From NCBI RefSeq assembly GCF_964204645.1, contig NC_134030.1, positions 17,816,210 through 17,880,209 of the forward strand: DNA of 64,000 nt. Direction: 5' to 3'. Of this stretch, positions 23,753 to 34,881 are shown piece after piece. The position numbers and the translations under genes were made by a program. The notes under the pieces were generated by a model. It was not told the DNA's origin and did no database searches. It saw nothing but the letters and a program-made list of their open reading frames with translations. The stretch is from Tubulanus polymorphus. Taxonomy: Eukaryota > Animalia > Nemertea. Every line of letters starts with the position of its first letter. Within the stretch, counting starts at the first letter, position 1.

Positions 23753-24192
23753 CCGATCGTACCAGACCCGATCGTACCAGACCCGATCGTACCAGACCCG
23801 ATCGTACCAGACCCGATCGTACCAGACCCGATCGTACCAGACCCGATCGTACCAGACCCGATCGTACCAGACCCGATCGTACCAGACCCGATCGTACCAG
23901 ATCCGATCGTACCAGACCCGATCGTACCAGACCCGATCGTACCAGACCCGATCGTACCAGACCCGATCGTACCAGACCCGATCGTACCAGACCCGATCGT
24001 ACCAGACCCGATCGTACCAGACCCGATCGTACCAGACCCGATCGTACCAGACCCGATCGTACCAGACCCGATCATACCAGACCCGATCGTACCAGACCCG
24101 ATCGTACCAGACCCGATCGTACCAGATCCGATCATACCAGACCTGATCGTACCAGACCTGATCGTACCAGACCTGATCGTACCAGACCCGAT
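23753..24192 (+). repeat. 15-bp minisatellite (CCGATCGTACCAGAC) x about 29
   Basis: Highly homogeneous tandem array with no unique spacers. Confidence 0.98.
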
Positions 24193-24257
24193 GTCTTTGT
24201 GTTGTGATTCATTCAAGCAGACTCTCAAAGCAGTTCTATACCCTGTTAGCTAAACCG

Positions 24258-27112
24258 AATGAATGAATGAATGAATGAATGAATGAATGAATGAATGAAT
24301 GAATGTATTTAGCTTCACTTTAGTCCTCATTTGAAAAAAAGAAATTAAAACTAGTCACCCTCGTCACTTTTGGGATTTGGAATAAGACTTTCTTTCTAAA
24401 AAGGGAAATAAAACATAAACCTGCCTCGCACGTCAATTTTCCAAAGAATTTAATGAGAAACAAAGGTACGGTACGTTTTTCTTTGCGTGGGCTAGTAATC
24501 TAGTATTCTAATAATATTCAAATACCGATAAATCCATATTGACATAATGAGGTGGTCAGATACATAAAATCCACATTGACATATAGATCAAAGTCAAATA
24601 GATAAAGTTGTCTCGAGGTAAAAAAGCCTGATTTAGATATATTTATAATCATTATAAGGTTGTAATTAAATATAGTAGTCCCCGGTAGTAGTCTGTCAAT
24701 CAAATATAAAAGAATTAGTAGTATTGTATTCACATACGTACGCATGCCTCACCCCCCTCTTTAAACTGTATATGTACTTCACATTTCAACTTAACCCCAT
24801 CCACATTTTTTTGCGCGCGTATTGAAAAACCGTTTAATTGAAAGACCGATATATTGTGTATCTACAGTTTTCTTGCTGAATTAATAAATATCGTTTTTAC
24901 TGTTGTACTATTTTTCTTGTCGATTGTGTCGAATGTCTCCAATCATTTATGAACGCTATCGGGTGCCACTACACACAGGATTGCGTACTTAGGATGAAAG
25001 TACGACCAGGAGCGGTGTCGTCACTAGACTGATGCAAAGACTGCGTTAATTAATTGTCACTAGCTTTAATGAAAAAAATGAAAAAATTAAAATTGTTTAA
25101 TATAGATGAGTATAGAAAGTACAAAGGTTTCAACGATAGAAAATAATATTAATATCTGAACGATGGAAGTACCATCAAAACATATGAATAATAGATATAT
25201 AAATTCTTTTTTACCGGTTTACTATTTAACAATTAATGGGAATTTTGCTGATTTATCTGTAAATATATATTTTCGATAAGAGAATAATGAATTATTTAAT
25301 ACTACGGACATATTTTGCGATAACATAATATTGTGCAAAATAATAACTGAACAATATAGCTGCAAAGCAGCGATAACGGGTTTTCCGCACATCCTCGTTC
25401 GTATTCTTGATCTCGTCTGAATACTGTGTCGACGATCGTGTGTACCCGATGCAGCCAAACCATGCCATAAAAATTGAAGGGAAGTTAGAGTCCTGTTCAA
25501 CTGTCAAAACGGTTTTATAAAAGGACGGTTGACAAACAGTCAATGAGGCCTACTTTGAAACCATGGATGACTGGACCAGATGGTTATTCTACTCTGAAAA
25601 ATCGACTCTTAGGCCTCAATTAGTCTTTATGGATTTCAAAAAAGCATTTGATAAGGTCCAACATCAGCGATTACTAAATAGGCTTTTCGGAATGAATGAA
25701 TGAATGAATGAATGAATGAATGTATGTATTTAGCTTCACTTTAGTCCTCATTTGAAAAAAAGAAATTAAAACTAGTCACCCTCGTCACTTTTGGGATTTG
25801 GAATAAGACTTTCTTTCTAAAAAGGGAAATAAAACATAAACCTGCCTCGCACGTCAATTTTCCAAAGAATTTAATGAGAAACAAAGGTACGGTACGTTTT
25901 TCTTTGCGTGGGCTAGTAATCTAGAATTCTAATAATATTTAAATACAGATAAATCCATATTGACATAATGAGGTGGTCAGATACATAAAATCCACATTGA
26001 CATATAGATCAAAGTCAAATAGATAAAGTTGTCTCGAGGTAAAAAAGCCTGATTTAGATATATTTATAATCATTATAAGGTTGTAATTAAATATAGTAGT
26101 CCCCGGTAGTAGTCTGTCAATCAAATATAAAAGAATTAGTAGTATTGTATTCACATACGTACGCATGCCTCACCCCCTCTTTAAACTGTATATGTACTTC
26201 ACATTTCAACTTAACCCCATCCACATTTTTGTGCGCGCGTATTGAAAAACCGTTTAATTGAAAGACCGATATATTGTGTATCTACAGTTTTCTTGCTGAA
26301 TTAATAAATATCGTTTTTACTGTTGTACTATTTTTCTTGTCGATTGTGTCGAATGTCTCCAATCATTTATGAACACTATCGGGTGCCACTACACACAGTA
26401 TTGCGTACTTAGGATGAAAGTACGACCAGGAGCGGTGTCGTCACTAGACTGATGCAAAGACTGCGTTAATTGATTGTCACTAGCTTTAATGAAAAAAATG
26501 AAAAAATAAAAATTGTTTAATATAGATGAGTATAGAAAGTACAAAGGTTTCAACGATAGAAAATAATATTAATATCTGAACGATAGAAGTACCATCAAAA
26601 CATATGAATAATAGATATATAGATTCTTCATTACCGGTTTACTATTTAACAATTAATGGGAATTTTGCTGATTTATCTGTAAATATATATTTTCGATAAG
26701 AGAATAATGAATTATTTAATACTACGGACATATTTTGCGATAACATAATATTGTGCAAAATAATAACTGAACAATATAGCTGCAAAGCAGCGATAACGGG
26801 TTTTCCGCACATCCTCGTTCGTATTCTTGATCTCGTCTGAATACTGTGTCGACGATCGTGTGTACCCGATGCAGCCAAACCATGCCATAAAAATTGAAGG
26901 GAAGTTAGAGTCCTGTTCAACTGTCAAAACGGTTTTATAAAAGGACGGTTGACAAACAGTCAATGAGGCCTACTTTGAAACCATGGATGACTGGACCAGA
27001 TGGTTATTCTACTCTGGAAAATCGACTCTTAGGCCTCAATTAGTCTTTATGGATTTCAAAAAAGCATTTGATAAGGTCCAACATCAGCGATTACTAAATA
27101 GGCTTTTCGGAA
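24258..27112 (+). repeat. Tandem duplication of a 1.42-kb unit (about 24258-25689 and 25690-27112), each starting with (GAAT)n
   Basis: Identical ORFs at offsets 1420-1421 (24518/25939, 25222/26642); junction GGCTTTTCG-GAATGAATG. Confidence 0.96.
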
Positions 27113-27470
27113 ACGATATCAATGATGGGTTGCTTAAATGGCTCAGCAGATTTCTCTGAACGAAAACAGGTGGCCGAAATCAACGAAACTGTCTCATCTT
27201 GGAATAAATCGGTCTAACTAGTGGAGTCACGCAAGATGTAGTATCCTAAGTCGTCTTCTCTTCGCTCTCCTGATAGATGATATACACAGAGTAATTCAAA
27301 ATGTACCGGACGGAGTATATTTCCAAAACGACCTAATTCAAAATGTACCGGACATAGTATATTTCCAAAACGACATAAACAAGCTGTGTTCCAGTCATGG
27401 TCAGACACATGGAAGATAGGCTTCAACCTGAAAGGCATGATATGGATATTGGATAAAGGAAACCCAGGTT
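26920..27470 (+). mobile_element. CR1/L2-like LINE reverse transcriptase fragment (5' part also at about 25500-25690)
   Basis: CQNGFIKGR...LLETMDDWT...VFMDFKKAFDKVQHQRLLNRL...LLKWLSRF..RKQV...TSGV.Q...WSDTWKIGFN, with frameshifts. Confidence 0.88.
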
Positions 27471-27484
27471 CAGATTATACCTTT

Positions 27485-28045
27485 GTGTTCGAATAAGAAG
27501 ATTATTTTGTTCGAATAAAGTATACTTATTATCACGAAAATACTATTTCGCTCCATCAGAATTTTGCTCTTTGGAAAGAAAAACGCTTCGATCGAACAAT
27601 ATATCTGTTCGAACAAAAAACTTAATGTTCCGAAGAAAATCTTGTTCGAATGAAAACAATTCCGTTTGATGGAACAATATGCTTTTTGTTCAAATGAAAA
27701 CCTTTCATCGTTCTGACAAAAAAATGTGTTCGAATAAAAAGCTATGTTATTGTTGAAGTGAAAAACTTTTTGTCCCGACAAACAATTTTGTCGAGTGAAA
27801 ACAATTTTGTTTCGAACAAATGTTTGAATGAAAATATTTCTGTTCGATTGAAAAACTTTTTACAATGTACTTGTTCGAACGGAAAACTTAACATTCTGAC
27901 AAGTGAATGATAACGATTCTGTTCGTTCGAACAGTTGGTTGTTTGAACGAAAAAAACTTTGTCCTAACGGTTTTTTTCAGATTGGTTAAATCGAATGAAA
28001 TATCATTGGTTCGAAGGAAAACAATTTTTGTTTCAACGAAAAAAG
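27485..28045. repeat. Degenerate short-period repeat with TGTTCGAA/GAAAA cores
   Basis: Many GTTCGAA(T/C)AAA-like motifs about 20-40 bp apart, typical of non-autonomous transposon interiors. Confidence 0.6.
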
Positions 28046-28919
28046 ATCTTTCCCGGGATCCGCAGTAACTTAAGTTTTTAGGAATTAATTCTTCATCTTT
28101 GCCAATAGAATATGGTTAATAATTGTGATTGATCATTGGAAGTCAGAACCAGTTAATCACTTATACATGCATTTGAATAAATCTGATTCCTCCTTTATAG
28201 TGAACTTAGCTTTAACCTAGTAGAGGCTACTAGGCTACGTAGGCCTATGTATCTGCGTAGGCCTAACATCCGGACGGATTGGTTGAGCAAAATTAATATA
28301 CATGTATACTTTTAATCGCGCTGTTGTTTTAATTCACCATTAATTAATCATTACTCACACAATCAGTTAGACATCTGTCAATTCGACACCTGTGATAACC
28401 GTTTGTTTTAATTGTGTGCTCAAACATGTCTCTCAACTTTTGTAGTATTATATAAAAAGAATGTAAATCCATGAACAAGCAGTTGAGTTTGACACGAGTC
28501 TTGGAGCCTGATACATCTTGCAGGCAAATTCCCAAGCTACTCGATTGAGAATCTAAAGAATAAAATCGTCTACGTTTAGTGCTGAAAACTACTAGCTTTC
28601 TCATTGTTGCATAACCAGGATTTAATCGTAGCTGGAGCTTCCCCGAAAGACGAATTAGAACAATTAGTTTTGTTAAATTGGTCTTAGGCCTATTGAATTT
28701 CAACTCTCCTAAACAAAGGTTTGGAGTTCAATCAATGAGTCAGTTAACTAGCACAACAATTAAATGTGTTTCTTTGAGACAGTAAAGCTCAGTACCGGTA
28801 GACCTAAAGGTCACGTACAACTCAATGAACATTTCAAGCGACCCGAGGAACGATCTCGTATCCCCGCGGCGAACTCTTACTCCAAATATAAGCGTGAGTC
28901 CAGCTCACGGATGAGAGTG

Positions 28920-29680
28920 TGTCATATACTTGTATTTAGTAAATATCTTGTGGATTTGGTAAAGATCGGTATGTACTTTAGGAAATATAGAGTATTGATC
29001 GTATTGATATAGAGGTTGAAGCCCGCGGCCGAATAAAGTAATATATTCTTTTATTTTGATACCTCGTCGACACAACAGCTTTTCTCCGACGGATAATAAT
29101 ATGTCATATACAGGTATTTGGTAAATATCCCGTGGATTTGGAAAAGCTCGGTATGTACTGCAGGAAAAATAGAATACTGATGCATGGTTGAAGCCCGGGG
29201 CCAAATCACTGTAGTGATAAATTCATCTATTTTGATACCTCGTCAACACTACAGCTTTTCTCTGCTGAATATGTTCGGCCTGTTTAGTTAAGGCCCACGA
29301 CTCACCGGGACTTAAATGATTTATCGTAGTAAATATCCGGTAAATTCGTAAAAAAGAATATTGTAAAACTAACTGTTTAAAACACGCGGGCAAATCACTG
29401 GGAGTAATAAATCTATTTGTACTTGATTTTATTCTTAGGGCGAGGAAAACTCGCAGCGGATCCGCGGAACAACGACGTAAAGACACATATTGATTATCGA
29501 TCTTTACAGCTCAATAGTGCTTATAATATTTATAATATTCAGAGTAGTAAATATCATGTGGATCGGTAAAGTGTACCGATGAAGAAAATTGGTAATTGTT
29601 AAAATTACTATTTGAAGACCGCGACTGAATGTGAAAGCTTGCGGCAATAAATTTGTTTATTTACTCTCGAATTGATAATC
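28920..29680 (+). repeat. Degenerate tandem repeat of about 180-220 bp, about 4 copies
   Basis: GTAAATATC..(TGGAT) recurs near 28938, 29120, 29327 and 29546, followed by variants of GAAGCCCGCGG and TTTTGATACCTCGTC. Confidence 0.7.
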
Positions 29681-30149
29681 GAAGTGAGGGCCAGCCTGCG
29701 GATGATTTCGGGATGACGACTCTAAAAAAACATGTCGCCTCATTGAATAGGGCTCAATTTTCGATGTTTACGGCCCGACAGTGCTTTTGTAACGTTGATT
29801 CATCAAAATTCCCATGCAATATCTTTAGATCGAAGTGAGCTAAATGAAATACAGCGGATTGTATCGGAAACCGCCCTAAGGTAAGAAAACCTTTGCAGTT
29901 TTGACGTCAATTGTCAAATAATAATAATGAACACGCGAATATCAATAGGGTTTTCTGTGATGTAACAGAAGAGCCTAAAAATAGTATACGCAAAAGGTTG
30001 CATTCTACTTATCAAAATTTAGGTATTCGAATTACACGTCTTATGCAGTATTTAAAATTTCTTTATATGATGAAGATTGTAATGAAATGATTGAAAAAAT
30101 AGACGATGTTGTAAGAATTATTATATGAAAATCAATATGATGTATACGA

Positions 30150-30797
30150 TGTTGGTGTAACTCACGGTTTTAAAGGTTCAGTGAATCTGATATCATGATT
30201 ATGTTTGAAAAATGGAGAATTAAGATTACTAATAGAACATACAAATAATTGTGTTTCAGCATTTAAAACCAATGATAAAATTGAAATATATAACAGAACT
30301 GCATACCCCAATGATGTCGCGTGGAATTAATTTAGTTTGTGGATCATATTGTATGAGTTATATTAGTAGGTATATTAGTTAACTTGACGAATTAATTCAA
30401 ATTTAGAATTGGCTCTTATATTTGCCTGCCTGTAGATAAATAATTAGACCTTCAGTTGGATAGAACGATATATTGTGTTCCACTTGTAATGTTTAAGGCG
30501 ATTAATTATATTTTATTTTTTATTGCAACCTATTGAATGAAATCCGTAAACTTTACATTCCGAAAAATCCTACAATCAACTGCACAATTCATCAAAAGAG
30601 GCTTAGAAGAATAAACCCCTTCATAATTAGTATGTTGTAAATAGTGTAGGCTACGTATACATTGTTTATAATTCAGTTATATTTTATCAAGAGAAGTTTA
30701 TATTTTCTGTTGATTTTAAGTATTTTATATTAATATTCTTCCTCCATGCGCAATAGAAGTGGTTGGAGTGTAAATAAAAACCTTATCCTAATCCTAC
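30150..30797 (+). mobile_element. Decayed LINE 3' end
   Basis: KFRIGS..LPVD...CSTCNV.GD..YFIFYC...IRKLYIP, then AATAAA and a short-repeat tail (CCTTATCCTAATCCT). Confidence 0.65.
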
Positions 30798-30885
30798 TCC
30801 AGTGATTCGATGCCCGTTGCCGAAATTAGTTTTTTTTCAATTAATTTTGAACTTGATTTTTAGCTTTTTCGATCCATACATCCAT

Positions 30886-30887
<2 letters not shown>

Positions 30888-30945
<58 letters not shown>
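30888..30945. repeat. (TA)n microsatellite
   Basis: Directly visible. Confidence 0.97.
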
Positions 30946-30948
<3 letters not shown>

Positions 30949-31037
30949 TTATAATATGTATATTGATTATATATACTACAACTATTGAGTAGTATTCATG
31001 TTTATGTTATCTATTAACCTATTTGGGCATCCCATCA

Positions 31038-31385
31038 TTTAGTTTACAGTTTACAGTTTATTTGACAAACTCAAGGTCTACAAATTAGACAATATGAGTG
31101 AAAAATAGAACATTATACAAAATAACATAGCGGCAAATGCCGTGTTTACACAAATATTTTAGCAATTTTACTTATAAAGATACATAAATTATAAAGAGTT
31201 CTGATGTTTTTTTTGTCTGCATAAGGGAGGAGAATTTATACTGGTTTGGATGAATTGAAAATTTTCTGTCAATGTACTTGGTCCTTAAATCATCAAGGGT
31301 TGGACAACATAATATATAATGGAATTCGTCCCCTATAGCACTGTTGCAAAGAGGACAAGTCCTCCTAGTACGGTCTTCAAATAGA
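31038..31385 (-). mobile_element. LINE 3' end with CCHC knuckle and (AAACTGT)n tail
   Basis: Minus strand reads RTCPLCNSAIGDEFHYILCCPTLDDLRTKYI, then AATAAACTGTAAACTGTAAACT. Confidence 0.88.
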
Positions 31386-31752
31386 TTCGGGGTGCACTCT
31401 CAATAAATTCAATGTGGTCAATGTTCTATATGGTAATCATGTACGCACTTAGAAATCAAATCCATTCATTCAAACAGGTGGCGTTTACTAAAATGCTCCG
31501 CGTAGAAGAGACTCAAGTCCAGATTGGAATTCGAATATTCGTTTTATTGTGTAACAGGCAATTTGACAATTCCGCTAAAATCCGAAACAGAAGTATATAT
31601 TTATATTTCAGCACCAAGGTCGCCGATATACCAAAGAAAGAAGAAGGCGTGGACGTTTGTGAAAATATGTATATTCATATTGCTCTCAACATACAAGTAG
31701 TTTCAATAAATTGTCAACCGTAATTAGAGTTAGAGTTTGATTGGTCGACGCG

Positions 31753-32898
31753 ATGGCTGCACCTTCAGTTCCCCGCAACCGCACAAACCCCACTAATCTT
31801 TACACAGCCATCGTACTGGCTCCAACTACGATAAACGGAACTTATCTATGGTTTTGACGAGAGAAATCCCGCAATAACGTAGCCAAGATTGAAAAATTCT
31901 ATATAAGAATGATTGTATTAGGGGAGCGACGTTTCGGCTAACAACTCATTCCGATATAGAATTTTTCAATCTTGGCTTCGTTATTGTGGGATTTCTCTCG
32001 TCATCATCATACACTGATATTGTTTATTTTCTCGTCTAATCTCTGGTTTTACCTCGTATTCGCCGGTCTGTGTTTTATTCTCGGATTCGTCGGTAATCTC
32101 CTCATCGTGATAGTTATGCGGCGACGTAAATTATGGCGACGTTCTTTTAGTCGTATGTTCGTTCAACTAGCCGTCTGCGACACTCAGGTTCTCGGCTGTT
32201 ACTTCATGAAATACATCAACGTTATATCTTACGCATTTTACGGTAGGATACTGGTCAAACCGTCAACACGAATTCAATGTATATTTTTTGGGTATTTTAT
32301 ATCAGGTGGACTCTCGTGCAGTCCGTGGACGCTGGTCCTCGTAGCCACCGAGCGAATGTGTGTCGTTTGTTTTCCGTTTAGAGGTCCTCGTTTCTGGAGC
32401 ACGGATACCGCTTCTAAACTCTGTGTCTCCGTTATATGCTTCGTGGCGCTGAGCTATAGCTATTCATTTGTAACTATCGATGTAAGTGACAACGGTTGTG
32501 TCAATAAAAATCAGCCCCTGCTTGCGTCCACCCTTGCCTCGATAGGTCCGTTTATGCTGTTAACCATCATGTCCGCGATAACATCTATCACGTTATTCAG
32601 AAAAAAAGGCAGCACATCGGAAACAACTCGAGCATCGAAATACTCGAACCAGGTAACCGTGTTGGTTCTGTTACTATGCGTCTTCTTCATGGTTACAACA
32701 TTCCCGACTTATATCATCACCCCTTTTGTCCTGAAAAATCCAGAATTAAAAAACATCTTCGCCGCCTTTACTGATATTTTAATGATGAACTATTCGTTTA
32801 ATCTCTACGTGTATCTAATGACGGGAAAAGAAATCAGAAAAGAATTGTGGAACATGATTTCCAGAAAGAAACACAACGTACGTCAAATCTTAGTTTAA
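31753..32898 (+). CDS. Class-A (rhodopsin-like) orphan/chemoreceptor-type GPCR, interrupted by a 195-nt insertion between the N-terminus and TM1
   Basis: ATG 31753 gives MAAPSVPRNRTNPTNLYTAIVLAPTTINGTYLWF (N-glycosylation sequons), in the same frame as 32050-32898 YLVFAGLCFILGFVGN...LAVCD...ERMCVVCFP...TTFP...NYSFNLYVY...EIRKEL. The insertion carries stops. Confidence 0.88.
31855..32003. mobile_element. 149-bp palindromic MITE inside the GPCR
   Basis: The outer 50-bp arms match at 48 of 50 positions (TGACGAGAGAAATCCC... / ...GGGATTTCTCTCGTCA). Confidence 0.9.
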
Positions 32899-33069
32899 AG
32901 ACACTCGGATCACCATCGCGGAAACAATATCTATATCAGCACCGGCCATGTCTTCTATCTAATTAATTCAATTAATCAAGAAATCCGTATACGCTAAATT
33001 AGAACATTAACTCTACGTCTTTCTTTCCTCGTTTCTAATTTATCCAATTAAGTAAAAATGAATCTTATT

Positions 33070-33560
33070 CTAACTTTTTAATCATACGGAACATTTGATT
33101 AAAGATACACCGACGACTTCGAAAAATTTCCTCTCGTTCTCCGCCTTTGAACTATTAAACTGCTATCCGACGTACAACCGTGAGATGATACAAATATTCA
33201 AATAGAGCGTATTTGTTGAAAGTGTATTTAATTCAGTGACGAATTTACCGAGGATAAATCTATCTTTAAGAAAATCTGCGTCGCAATTTCAGTGTTTGCG
33301 ATACATAAAGTATCAATACTTCGTAGCAAATATACAAATCTGATCCCGAAAATAAGGATGATGTTCCCTAGTAAACAGTCAACCCTCGATATACCAGACT
33401 CCCATATACCGCCAGGTTTAGTCCATGCACCCCGCTTTACCGCCATACCCTCTATACCGCCAAAATCGTTCTGCACCGATGTGGGAGGTATATCAGGGGT
33501 TGATCGTATATTGATAAGAATGAGCATGTCCGCAACTGTTAATGGTAAATCGTCTATAGT
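33070..33560 (-). pseudogene. Possible highly decayed class-A GPCR fragment
   Basis: LLGNIILIF...VYLLRSIDTL and a later LFEYLYHLTVV resemble TM1-TM3; weak. Confidence 0.3.
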
Positions 33561-34881
33561 ACCTACGAAATAGATTTTTCTGTTTACGATGTCCTCAGAT
33601 TGTTTTCGTCGAGTTCGATACCAAGTCTGGCTCTATAGCTCTGCTCAAAGCAGCCATGCACCACTCCAGTTTATATATCCTCATCGAATCGTTTACATCA
33701 ACGAAATACATTAGAAAAAAAAGATCATTCATATGTTATTGAAAATCTATTCGTTTCAACGAGATGTACATTCACACAAGTTTTGAAAATTCGATTGAAA
33801 ATCTTTAAAGTGAATCGTCTTTGAATGATTTGTGACAAAAACAAATTACGTTATTTATCAGAAAACATGAACATCGTTTAGGGTAGAAATAACATGATGC
33901 GTTTCAGAGTCCAAGTTGAAACTTTTATGTACATACGTTTTGATTATCTACTTAGGGCTAGTAGCCAACCATGTCTTGATTTTGAAGATAGTGGAACTTT
34001 TTATTGGAAGCGGAAATTTTTTTAAAGAAAGATGTTCCACATAGGTCGGGTCGTGGGACTTGAGGAGAACCCGCCTGGACGATTTTTGAAAATGAGATGT
34101 AAAGAGAAGCATTCTCACACCTTCAAGAATATTTGGGGTGAAAATTGTATGTCTTTCTCCAAAAATTTTGCCTGAAATCAAGTAAGTTTGGAAGCATACG
34201 AATATTTTGAACATAAGCAAATGAAAATGTGTTACCAATGAATGAAAGTTATGAAATCGTGGTTCAAATTTTCTTAAGGCGGTCATCTGAGTGGAACTTC
34301 GTTGAGTGTTCCGATTTACCATTCACAATGCCGTATTTTGAACTGTGGAAATAAAGCAATTCAGTGGGAAACTGAGTTAATCAAGACATGGACCTCGCCA
34401 GTATTTTCTGTCCATATATAAATACTATCATATACAAATGTGATTGTCACCTAAACAATGCAACGACATTAATAAATATACATATACATACATTTATCAT
34501 TACTTTCATCATGCATGAAGCATTGATTTACATTTTTCCCAGACAGACACAGGTCGACGGTAAGATTATCCGGACGTTCGGTAGAAGCAGGGAAGTGTGA
34601 TCTGATACAGCGGGAAACTGTGCCGAGGATTGTTTTGCCTGCGGGTGCGATGGGAAGCCGCCAATGCTATTGTGGCAATCGATGATTCCTCATGTTGCAA
34701 GCAAATATCCGCCGGGTGTCGCTAGTGTAGATGATAAATCAATCTCGTATATGTACGACGTTCGGAAGCTTTCTCGGTTAATGAAGACATAAATCTGAAT
34801 TGCTACAAGTATCGACATTTTAAAAATCCCTATTCTGCATCGGAATGCAGAGCTTAACTACAAAATGACGTCGATAGGAAC

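Noticed and set aside
23526-24228. Long repetitive ORFs (RSYQT, GSGTI, PDRTR) and a CRISPR-like appearance
   Set aside because: They are translations of a stop-free 15-bp minisatellite. There are no unique spacers or cas genes, the context is eukaryotic, and array length is not conserved in the paralog.
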